From positions 13,020,001 to 13,084,000 of the forward strand of contig OZ004610.1 in the NCBI GenBank assembly GCA_963924565.1: 64,000 nt of DNA. Direction: 5' to 3'. Under the pieces are notes generated by a model. That model had not been told where the DNA came from. It did not search any database and saw only the letters and a list, made by a program, of their open reading frames with translations. The stretch comes from Ascidiella aspersa. Taxonomy: Eukaryota. The position numbers and the translations under genes were made by a program. The first letter of the stretch is position 1, and the number at the start of each line of letters is the position of its first letter. Below are positions 12,232 to 64,000 of the stretch, one piece after another.

Positions 12232-13705
12232 ATATAAACATGTAAAACCTGTTGAATTACTAACATTCTTTATTTATACCTTTATTTATATATTTAACCT
12301 AGAAGCATTTATTACTTTGCTTTATCTTATCTACGTCGGAAAAATTCGGCCCCTCTTTTTTTTAAGGTTAGATGTTTGTAAGGCTGATAATGATACAGAC
12401 CCAGTACCAGCACAGTACAGTTTATTCTTAATAACGAATGACCTAATGTAAATAATTTAAATTCGGTATGTGTGTATTTTTATTACGTTTTGTAATTTGG
12501 TTTGCAAAATTGGGCCCTTCTCTAGCAAACAGCCTATAGGCCTATAGTAGGCCTACCCTTAATCCGGCCCGCCTCCGACTAACCTATAACCTCCTTTTCC
12601 TTATTCTTAGACTTTTTCTAATATTATTATAGACGTTTAGTTGACGTTTTTGGGTAACCTTTTAGCGCCTAACTACTATAGTTACCGTTAAGGCAGGGAT
12701 GGGCCTTACAAAATCAAATGGTATTATACCTATAGGCTCATTTCGTATGGATGGCTTTATTTCTACTTTTTTAACGTTATGCATTTTTATGAGTTATTAT
12801 TAAATGACTTGTTTATAATTTTGCGCAACACGCCTCTTTTTTCTCTTTAAGTTGCCGCCCTTCAGATATACTTATCTCTTACACTTACAGAAGTTGCGCT
12901 TCTTGAAGTGCCCTATACCTTTTGCGGCTTACCTGCCTTCTGGTCCTATGGTTTACGGTGAAATGAATAAAGATATCACATCAAGAATAACCTGACCGTT
13001 TTGTTTGAATTCGGGGCAGAGATCCCGATGATTTTATGTAGGCCACGTGATGCCTGTTCACCATTCAGTCGGCCTATACATGCCGTTACATGTCATTTGG
13101 GTTACAAGCTTGCATGATGCAACTTTTTAGATTAAGATTTACGCCAAGGTTAAAATGTCTGTCATTTTAGGGATACTTAAATATGGACAAGGCGTTAAGT
13201 TTGGTTTCGAGTTTAAGAGTTAGCACCTTTTAACTTTCTCCATTTTGGTACTCTAGCTAGAGTCAGAACGGATTTCTAGGCATTCCACTGACGGCTTTGC
13301 CTTTGTATATTAACATTACGGTTTTTACGGCTCTTTTTCTGATTTGAAGGCTACATTGCTTGTGTATTCGCATGTTGTTAATCGTCGGTGTTAGTATTTT
13401 TACACAGATCGTTCAGCAACAACGAACCGGTTCGATAACGGTGGGATCGTCGAACACAAAGCAGCAGTTCAGCTTCATCTCTTTGACTGCCAAAGCAGTT
13501 TGTGCGAAGTAAGCTTCATCCAGCCGGACAACTATGCAGTTATCTACGTCTTGGAGGGCCGCCTCACCTCATGACTTCTGCTACAATGAACCGATCAACA
13601 AGGAGGACATTATTATCCAATAAAAACTGTTTGACATCCAGAAGGAGGAAGACAATGATAGAATTTCTCCGGACCTTTCAATCTAAAAGGCGAGTAGAGT
13701 GTTAT

Positions 13706-13900
13706 GTAGCGGCTTGCTCCATATTAGGGTCAAAACTCTTTTCCACTGCACAGTTAATATCCAGAATGTTTTGTACTTTTGGTTTGATGTTTGAACGTGT
13801 ATTGTCACGAAATTTAATTACCCATTTTATTTACCGGAATGTGTTATTTAAGTGATGGCATTTGATGCCAAAATTAGCATTTATCTTATGCTGTTCTCAT
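13706..13900 (+). repeat. Local duplicated block, copy 3 (internally deleted)
   Basis: GTAGCGGCTTGCTCCATATTA...TTATTTAAGTGATGGCATTTGATGCCAAAATTAGCA. Confidence 0.8.
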
Positions 13901-13907
13901 GTGGAGT

Positions 13908-14574
13908 TGACTTTTTACAATTTTATAACTTCTCAAATAAAGCTTGTAGCGGCCTGCTCCATATTATCGGGTCAAACTCTGCTCATTCTGTACGAACAGC
14001 CTCTTGTAACGCCAACTACCTGCCGGTATGCATCATTCAATATGACAACCTATTTCCCGTTAAACAGGTAATTGTCTATACTCTAGAACTTCCTGTACTA
14101 TTGGTTTGGTGTTCTACGTGTTGCCACGAAATTTACCTACCGCCATCTGTAATGTAATTATTTAAGTGATGGCATTTGATGCCAAAATTAGCAGCCTCAT
14201 TTTCTGTTTACACGTGAGTTATGATCGCACACTTTTACTGAGGTGAATTATTAAACGTACCACAAGTAAACTTGCAAGTACTGTTTTGATTATACACAAA
14301 AAATGTTGTTACATTGTGGTCAAACCCACAAGCTTATGATAACGTAGTTCTTTCGTTGTTATCAGTTTCACAACTTTCTGTACTACCGAAAACATATGAC
14401 TTTAATGACTTTTACTGGCCCTTACAACGTTTAGCTAAAGAAAACACAGATCACAAACAACTTTTACACAATTTACAAGTTTTACATTTAAGCGATCCTT
14501 TGCTATGTCTGTTCGACGTCTTTCATATTTTCCCCTTAACATCGACCGTGAGTCTTAATTTGCTGGTTGCGTAT
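13908..14574 (+). repeat. Local duplicated block, copy 4
   Basis: Near-identical to 7634-8285. Confidence 0.9.
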
Positions 14575-14899
14575 CATGTTATACAATTTTATAAGTGTGA
14601 TATTCTATAAAAACAAACGTGACACTTTTTTTTTTGGACTAGCTTATATTTTATTGTTACAAACTTCCTATTTGTCATGCCGTTATCAGCCATTTAAAGC
14701 ATGGGAATAAGAACATAACTATTTTTAACAAACGAGTTCACTATATGTAAAAAATCAATCCGTTATTGTTTACGAGCAAACCGTCGGGTATTATATATAT
14801 AGTTTTGGAGGCTGGAAACAAATTTGGTTACAGGCGGAATTTCATCGATGTGTTTAAGCAAAACGGTTTTCTCATAATATGACAAATTTGTTCGTGTTT

Positions 14900-16430
14900 G
14901 TTTTTATTTTTTTATCAACAAACGTTTTTGTTATTAATACAGAGAAATTTCAATTTTACTTTTCCATCGGACAGAAACAAGTCATAATGTAGTTTCAGTA
15001 ATCTAGTTTTTACGTAAATAGTCATTTAAATTATTTTGACTTTGGCTACTTATTATTATAAATGCTTTAATGTGTTGAATGTTAAAAAACTGCGTAAGGA
15101 TATATTATAGATAACTTTCAACAGACAAACTGTTATAACCTATTTTCTCGCTAATTTCTCAAACTAAAACAAAACAAACAGAATATAAAGTATCCAAAAT
15201 CTCCGTGTACGAGATTACATATTTGCTGCTATTAGACATTTTTGACACGAGTTTGAAAACGGATACGGCGGAACAACGAGCAGTGAATTTTTATGGGCAC
15301 CGGTGAAACAACGGAATAACGGTAAACGGAAACAGAACGGGACATTTCAAAATCCAAACGAACGATGACATGTAAATATACCAGAAAGCGTAGAGCGGAT
15401 AGGGTGGAGGGTTTATGGTCCGGGAACACACTTAAAACGAGCACCTAGAACAGGCAGCAGCAATTTGGTACAAACGCGCACAACTATATAACATGTGACC
15501 CACCAATGCGAAGCACGTGTTGTTCGGAGGCAATTTATTTGTATAGAAAAATAACGTGCAAAGTGAAGTGCGAACGAGAGTACAAAGTGTGGTCTTTTCG
15601 TTTTTGGCTTGCAACAGCTCACCGCTGCTTAGCTGTAATGTGACATTGGGCATGAACGTAGTTCGTGACGCTTACAACAGACGTGTGTGGGATTTTGGGG
15701 TCGATGTTTGTCTGTGTGTCGGTCTGTGTGTAAATAGAAAACGAGATTTGGCGGCGCGTAACTTAAATGGTTACACGGGAACACGAAAGAACGGCGCTAC
15801 GAGATATGTTTTTTCTACCACTCTACAGCACCGCAACTATATGGGTTCCTGTACATTACGATATCATATAGAGTCAAATTACGATGGCGATGATTATAAA
15901 CGAACAGCGCAATTAACGCCGAGGACAAAGCTGAGTTTTTTAAGTGAAACAATTACGTTTAGCACCCAAAAAAAAACACGCGCAGTAAACGCTACTTGGA
16001 TGAACCACGGGGGATTTAAACATGGAACACGGAGTTAACGGAAACAAGTGGCGTCGCGCAGTAAAACAGTACAAAAGCGAGTCGGTGCACGGGTATCTAC
16101 GGTTGGCGTGGCGCATGCAAAAACTAATAGCGAATAAGCGAAAGGGTGGGTTTAACACAAATGCACAAAGCGGCCGAATAGCTCGTGATAGTCGGTAGTC
16201 GCACCACGAGGTACCAAGACACGACGGCTGGAGTGCGGACAGCTTTGGGCAATAAATACTTGAGAAACGCTCGCTGGGGATCTTTAAAACATGGTCATGG
16301 CTAACTCTTGAAACAGAGCCGCGCTCGACTTTCAAACAAACGAGACAACGGCGCACACGAAGGCGGTATATTTAAGGGAATGTATAGAAGTTAAGCGAAT
16401 TCGATGTCCAGGCGGTAATCCAGAGCTATA
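14900..16430 (-). other. Probable FoxP 3' UTR with candidate poly(A) signals (AATAAA at 15534-15539 and about 14903-14908)
   Basis: Lies downstream of the stop; unique sequence until the repeat zone; minus-strand AATAAA hexamers. Confidence 0.5.
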
Positions 16431-56767
<40,337 letters not shown>

Positions 56768-57837
56768 TCTCAAAAGGACGCACTCGCATCAGCATTACAC
56801 ACCTTATGTGTTCGCACACGGCAAAGCCTATATGTAGGAGTGTGTCGTAACACGAAAGCTATTACGAGACCTGTCGTACAAAAACATGAAGACAAATCAG
56901 TATTAGGCTGCTTTAGCGCTGACTTGTACGAAGCACACAATAAAACTAATATATTCAGAGCTGTCAATTACTGCTATATATTAAGACCATCTAAAAATCT
57001 TTGACATGCCATATTAGGAATATGACCTACGTCTGATCGCTTTTCGACAAAAAAATCAAATGCAATACCGTACCGGCCTCCGCCGAGTCATATCAGGTGT
57101 TAGGGATAATCCACAGTTTGGTCGATTAAACCTTTGCTAGTCGGCCAAACGCGTTAGTCTGCCAAGCATTGCTCTCGGGCATGCGAAAAGCGACAATTAA
57201 GTGCCGAAACCCTAAACACTTTCCGGGGCGCATTCTGACCACTAGAAATGTCCGCAAAAAAGGAAAAAAATCTCCGCCACTCCCTGTGTCTTCCAGCTGC
57301 GGTGCGCGAATAGCTCACCGCGGGACCCGGGCAGTGTTAAGCGCGGGACACCGCAAGCAATTTCGCGTTGCGTTTTCGATATAATTTATGCCGCGACGTG
57401 GCCTGATCACACAGACATGCGATAGGCCGACACTTAGGCCTTCCGTTCCGGGCCTAATTGCAAGGTCTGAAATCCGAGGCCCGAACGTCAAGCCGTAATC
57501 TGCGCGCTTTTCTTCGCTTGCCGATGATTTAGATTGTTGGGCGAGAAACCGCAACGAAAACAGGCGCGAGAATGATAATAATAATCCACCCTTGTCGACG
57601 TTTTTTACCGTAAGTGCCACTCAACAAATTGCGGAAAACGGTGGCTATAAACTGCCTTCAAGCGACACCTAGCCATTGACCTTTACTCTTCTTCCTGTAT
57701 CACATTGCCTATTTCTACCAAAGCACTTCTGTAAGGCCAAATCGCTACGAAAATATGTTTTTTTTAACTAGCCGAGTGTCTGAACAACGCCACTGCCTTC
57801 CGAAGATGACTAATCTATAACACGTCACCATGATTTT

Positions 57838-58484
57838 GTAAACAATAGAAGCAACGCACAACTATGCTTTTAAGGCTGTTTGACTCATTATCACAAGTAA
57901 ACAAACAAGACAACATTGATTTCATACCATATATCAAAATTTGCCTTAATTGTCTATTAATATTTGTTTACCACGCGCGGAAATACACGTTTTTTTAACC
58001 CAACACACTGCCAACTGGTCCGTTTCCAATTAACCAGGCAGCCAATCGATCCACTGCTAAGCGAATAGGTATCTTCAAAAAGAGGAAACTACAGTTTACA
58101 TAAAGATCTTATTAAATCACCAATCCAATCTATATCAGTGCTGGGGGCAGACCTCGGGCCTCAAATCCGTGGGAAAAAACGCGGCGAATTAAAGTGGCGT
58201 GGCGGCGTATCGACGCTGCAGTGCCCGGAGACGAAAATAAATCACGGCGGCTGAACCCCCTTCTGCAGTGAAAACACAGAACGGTCGAACGAGGGTTCTT
58301 TTGCGTCCAAACTCAACGTATTGCGACAACAAAGACTTGACAGATCCCAAGGACAGATAACCAGCCATTAACATTTGCTGCTTGATGCTGATGGGCGAGC
58401 GCCCGATACGCCCGCGAAGCGAGCTTCTGGTAAACAGGAAAACTGACCTTAATACAAAAGAACACGCGGGCGAACCAGTAAACA
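57838..58484 (+). promoter_or_regulatory. Cluster of forkhead (GTAAACA) sites upstream of the first FoxP coding exon
   Basis: GTAAACA at 57838, 57897, 58430 and 58478. Confidence 0.45.
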
Positions 58485-61400
58485 GGATACGTTTATAGCG
58501 GGCGGCTGCTGCCGCAGTGGCAAGGCAATACACAGCAACGCCCGAGAGGCGGCGCGTGTATATATTAGAGTGCGTGCCGGCGGCAGGGCGCGCACAGTGC
58601 AACTCACTACGATTATTTCGGGCTTTGTTTGAAAATGCGTATATAACCGCACGAGTAACATCCGATGATATTTCACAAAGCTGTATCAGTCTCGTCAACG
58701 TTGCTCGCGAGATTAACACATATAACGTTTAGTATGCCAACATTTAAAAGTGTTTATGTCCGAAAATAGAAAACACTGTAATCTACAAAGTGGTTTAACT
58801 TTTCATAAACAAACAAAAAAAACATTAACTTAACAGTTGTATAAACGTTGTTACGCTTATACCCTTTTATCTAGGTTAGACTTGTAGACTTATGCTTCAT
58901 TTCCGCCACTATCAATCCCCTCTCGCTGACTTACTGCTGATCTGATACGGCACAGCAGGGCAGTCAATCGCTAACGGTCCGCAGTCGCTTCCGCCGGTCT
59001 TTCGTGCACACGTGGACGCCGTAACGCAGCAACCTTACCGGTGTCTGGTAGGAAAAATATTTCCCACATAAAGAATCGCGTTTAAAGAGACGGCCACCAA
59101 TCCCTTTGCATTTCGCCGGCACTTCTCTGCATCCGCGCACACCAATCGGTTGCAACGTGCACTGCGTGCCGCGAAACGCACGCCTAGTCGCCTACGCTAC
59201 CACAAGGGCTATACCACTGTACGTTATTGCTACTGCTGCTGCTGCTGCTGGCGTCGCTCATATTGCTACCTCTTACGCCGCCCTGGCTGCCAAAGCGTTT
59301 TGGCAAACGACGCACTGGAAGCGCCCGTTTCCACCGCACTGGAAGCGCGTCGCTCTAACAAAGGAAAAAAGGGGGCTGTGTATACAAGTTTTCGTCGTGC
59401 GGCCGACTGCCTGTCGCTCGCGCTGGCTGGACGGTTGCCTCGGCGCACCTGCCATCCTCTGAGAGAGGCCAGTTCACGTGACGAGATGCAACTGCGGTTA
59501 TTTACTTAGCCCGTTTAAAATCAAACAACAGAAATAAACAGGGCAATCGCAAATGGTGGTGCCAAATTTGGTGCGAAAGCTGTTGCGAAAACACGGAATA
59601 GGGGTGGTTTCTAAAACGGCCATACATGCTGCCCGATTCTGGCATTTTCCGAGGCAGCCACGGCTTTCTGCGACGGGCCGCCATCCGCAATGGGCAATTT
59701 CAAGCTCAGATCAGTAACCCGACACCAGCCTGTCAACAGGCATCGGCCCAGCGTGGCCAGCCGACCGTCTCGCCTGTGACAAGCGCCTCTTAACGCAACC
59801 CGAGTCTTGTTGTTCGTCATTAACGCTCGTTTGCACCGAAGGCGCGAAACAAGCGGCGTCTTTGCTAATGTAGTGCTCTGAGACGCGGCCGAGAGTTAAA
59901 AACACCCCAAAATGGAAGAAGTCATCAATACGTTTTTGGTGAGCAGCCAAAAATGTCTGCGGGCGGATAGGCATCCCCACAGCCTAATCCGACACTCAAT
60001 GGCCGGCCGCCCGAAAAGACAGTTGTGGGCGCCGCGATTTATTGGGTGGTGCCAGAGTTCACCCGCATATTCGCCTTGCCATGAAGTCGGAGCGACACAG
60101 TTAATTGCCAGGCTGCGATGACATTCAGTAACCTCTGCGTGTCCACTGCAGAACATAGCACAACACCACGCAATCGAAGCTGACAAATTGCGGTTTCGCG
60201 TGCACTTGGAACGCGTGACAGCGCAGCCACTTTGCCGCCGCGATTAACTGCAGGCCCAACGTCGAGTCCAAATCTACGACGGAGACAACGACGGCCGCTG
60301 CTGGTCGCTCGCTTGTTGATCAATCTTCACCGGGGCGGCGTCAAATTAAGTGCTCCGATTCTCGGCACGGTTGCTTGGTTGCTTGGTTGCTGTTGTTGTC
60401 GGTCGTCGTTTACAGCCAACAGCGTCCGCGAGAGTCTTCGGAGGACACGGTTTGCACTTTTAATTGTGTGGTAAACTGAACAACTTACTTTTTTCGAACA
60501 ATCAAAGAATGTAATTTTGAAAAACAGGTATAGGTACCGTGGCCTGTTTTAAATACCTTTATAAATTAATTTAAAAGAAACGCAGGAATAATTAAAGTAT
60601 CAATCCAAGATTAATTTCAAAAAAATTTTTGGATACTTTTAAAGTTCATTAACATACAAATAAGTTTAATACTGCCTCGATATGGGTTAAAGCGTAAATA
60701 AAAGATATGAAGCCCTGATCTATTTATTTTACTTACAAGCACAACAAGTATACGCGTGACTCAATTTTTAAGGTTAACTTTAAAATCATGGCCCAACAAT
60801 GTTCACCTCCCATCCAATCCTGTTTTCATTTATAATACTCGGTCAAATTTATAGGGCAGATGCAAAGCGATGGCTGTTGCTTGGCTGCGGTCCGACAGCG
60901 TTTCCCATTACTGGAAAAGCGGCCTCATGTCAAATCTACCGATTTGCGTTTCCCGACAAGTGCCGAGCGTCGACAAACATGGGGTCAGGCGCAGTGCAGA
61001 TTTTGCGATCAGCAAAGTGTATCGTTCGAGTGACAGAAAAATCACCCGACGGCGGATATTGTTTTCCTTTAAGAGCTGGCGCTTCTGGAAATGGGAAAAG
61101 GCGCGGCGGGCGGGCGGGTTTGGGCCGCGGCAGGCGCCACGTCGCGTTAGTTCGTTTAATGTGCCTCGTAAACGATTGTCGGTTTGTATGTTGGCGAATC
61201 GAAACGAGCATAAATGAGCCAAGAAACGCGGGCAAAATTTGCTCTCTTGCGACATCTGGCGGACGCGTCTAAATTCGTAAAGCTAAACAGCGTTCCTCTT
61301 ATAAAACAAAACATTAGAGCGAATGATAGCATTGTTGTTGTTGCCAATGTATCGATTTAAAAAAGTGAGATTAAAATAAGTTCGCGCCGGCCTAAGTGTG

Positions 61401-64000
61401 TTTATTGATTTTTGACGACCGACAGATCTTAATCGTTCGCGCGTGTGTCATGGCGAACCATTAGCTCTGATGGACGATGCGAAACAGGTAAAGTAACCCG
61501 GCGCACTTCACAGATCCCCGTACCTTTCTTGACAAGCCCTTCTCTGAACGTTGCCACTTTTCGCCGAAGCTGTCCAAGCGTTAGCCGCCTCTGGCAGTGC
61601 GAAGGAGGGTGGGCGAGATGCGATCTACTTAGGAAGTTACAAATAAACAAACAAACGCGGCACCCCGGTACATATAATTAGCCTCGACTCTGAGGGCATG
61701 TCACCGTCGCTCGCAACATCAAATGGACTGCCGCCGGTTTAAATATACACCGTTCTAATCATCTAGTGTAAGCGTTTCTAGTAAACAACATCACATGGCC
61801 TCAATTGGTTGCGGCGTTCAGAGGGTTTTCCTGCACTGCTTTTTTCTTGCTACAGCTTTAAAGGTAATGATCACTATATTAGATTTAACTTATTACCTCC
61901 TTGAAGTGGATTCAGCAATGGCAGAGTACGTTTGATTATGAAAATACTTATCCGTTGACCGTCTTATATCGCCACTGTGCACATTAACTTTCCCGAGATA
62001 ATGAAAACCAAGGTTTTTAATCCACTCACAAAACGTAACGTTTGGAATTTGTCCGGTGTCTTCCAGTAAAAAAAAATCTTTCCAACTTATCCGCAGTTCC
62101 ATCAATATTACTTTGACTCTTGTGTATATCATGCGAACATAGCCTCCATAGCTGAATAAACAATCGCAATACATTAGGCGTATTGTCGCGATGACGCACT
62201 TTCTATATTACAGGCGGCCCGATCTAGTTTTGTACCGCTTTTAAACCCATGGGAAATTATGCGGCCTGTATTGTCGTCCGGATGCAACGAAAAAGTACGC
62301 TTTGTGTGTGTATATGTATGCGCGGCAGCAATCTGCGATTTGTCACGCAAACATGGTGCAGCCAAACAAATTTTAAACCTCCCGAGAATGGAGGTTGTGA
62401 TTATTGGGCCATTCAAACAAAACAACATAAAAAGCCACCAATCGACAGGCTCAATAAAATCATAATTATTAACGACACTATACGGTAGAACGAATCATAA
62501 ATAAAAACAAAAGTTTCGTCGCGTTTGAACCCCCCTGCTCCATTCAGGCATTCACCTGTCAACCTCGCACGGCAACGTTGTCCGCATACAGTATTTACTC
62601 CTGTGGGACACTTGCCAATTTCACGGGCTTGCATCAGACTGCCGTACACAACAAAGAAACTATGAAGATCTTATCAAAAGTCTATATACACTGGATGGGG
62701 ACGCTCCAGTTCGATCTTAGACCTGGGACTTAAATAACAAAAAGGATAGCCTCATAATCCACCAAGAATTGAATGTGTGCATATGAAACCATGTGATAAT
62801 AAGTTAGAATATTACTGCGCGCTCTAGCATTAAATATTCATGCAATATATTTGCCATCGCCAGGATGTTATTATAGAGTGCACAATATCTTGCTTCGGGG
62901 CGCCATATTATTGTAAAATGGATTTTCCTTGTTTTAAAGTTCGTTTTTTGAAACAGATATATGACTGTGACAACAACGAAATACATAAAAACAATTATAA
63001 ACGGATATTTTTTTTACTTGTGTGTGTTTTAAAATGTGGTCTTGTCAATCAAACTAGACGCATTGTTTCGCTTTTCTCCTCGATGATACCAACGCCTGTA
63101 ATGGTTAGTTTGCATACTGCCTCGTAGTTTGCTGAATTTTTCCGAACCTTGCGAGGTACGTTTTATTATCGGCGGCGCCATAAAACTGCCCATTATCAAA
63201 ACGGGAATTCTTAGTGGTTGATATTGTACTACTTGCCTGTTTTATTGCGAAAGAAAACGTAAAATACGCAGCGCTTTTACGCAGAACGGTTTATCAGCGA
63301 ATTCTTGTACAACGAGGACTTTTATAGCGCGCAAGGCAAATAACAACATTAACGGTACACTTTTCAGTATGCTCAGACTTGTCAAAGGCAATTGGAGCCG
63401 TTTTGGTTTTCTCAATAGTAAATTCAAACCGATCTAAATATTACTTTGAACTAATGCTTCACCTGACACCATCCACACCAGAATGTCAGTCAGGTTACTA
63501 AAAATAGTACGCATTTTTTTCACATACCGGTATTTTGACTGAATAATAGCTTTAAAAATCACCCAAAACAAGATGCGCCCGCTCTCGCGTCTTTCAATTC
63601 GGTAAAGTGCAACACCAAGTTGAATCCCACAGCTTTCGGGTCCTCTGCTAGACCATGACCAACTTAAAAAAAATGCATTAAACTCAATCAACAAACAAAA
63701 CCAGGTAAACGGACACCGGTCAAAATCACAGGCCGGTGGATTTTATTTGCGTACCTACACACCGACAGGCGCGTTAACTAGGACGCCAAAACGCGTTTCA
63801 ATTAAAGCCAAAACGCATGCGTCAACTTCCGCTTCAACCGCGCGACGATCTTTGTACGCCAGGTTTCGCCGCAAACCGTTTTTGTTTCGCGCGTTTGTTT
63901 GTGCGAGTGGCAATTTTTCCGTTTTTGTGTGGCATCCGGAAGTTTGTCGAAACTCTGAACCGTGCAAATAGGTGTGTGTGTGTGCTGTGGCGTATTTCGA

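Noticed and set aside
15556-16356. 160-aa and 138-aa ORFs downstream of the FoxP stop
   Set aside because: Non-ATG starts, no motifs; they lie in the probable 3' UTR

Overview
Eukaryotic (animal) genomic DNA. The compact introns and chordate-like exon layout suggest an ascidian/tunicate, but the taxon is an inference. The window is dominated by one minus-strand FoxP transcription-factor gene, which I reconstructed by hand from GT-AG sites and reading phase (ATG 56767 to TGA 16431). It has 15 coding exons per isoform and encodes about 1000-1030 aa: Q-rich N-terminus, C2H2 zinc finger, leucine zipper, forkhead domain and a polyQ C-terminus. Key observation: the second half of the forkhead domain is encoded by two tandem, phase-matched, mutually exclusive exons. 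Exon A (19462-19583, 122 nt) is canonical, NAVRHNLS. Exon B (18554-18723, 170 nt) reads SAIRTNLS...KRGRPRK; it changes DNA-contacting helix-3 residues, adds an AT-hook and closely parallels vertebrate FOXP1 exon 18b (FOXP1-ES). RBFOX/MBNL-type motifs flank it. The window also holds an intronless class I SAM methyltransferase (1256-2155, minus), a repeat-rich intergenic zone (hAT MITEs, a tRNA-derived SINE, a four-copy local duplication, a satellite) and CpG-rich intronic blocks that are probably cis-regulatory. Most short ORFs in the track are spurious.
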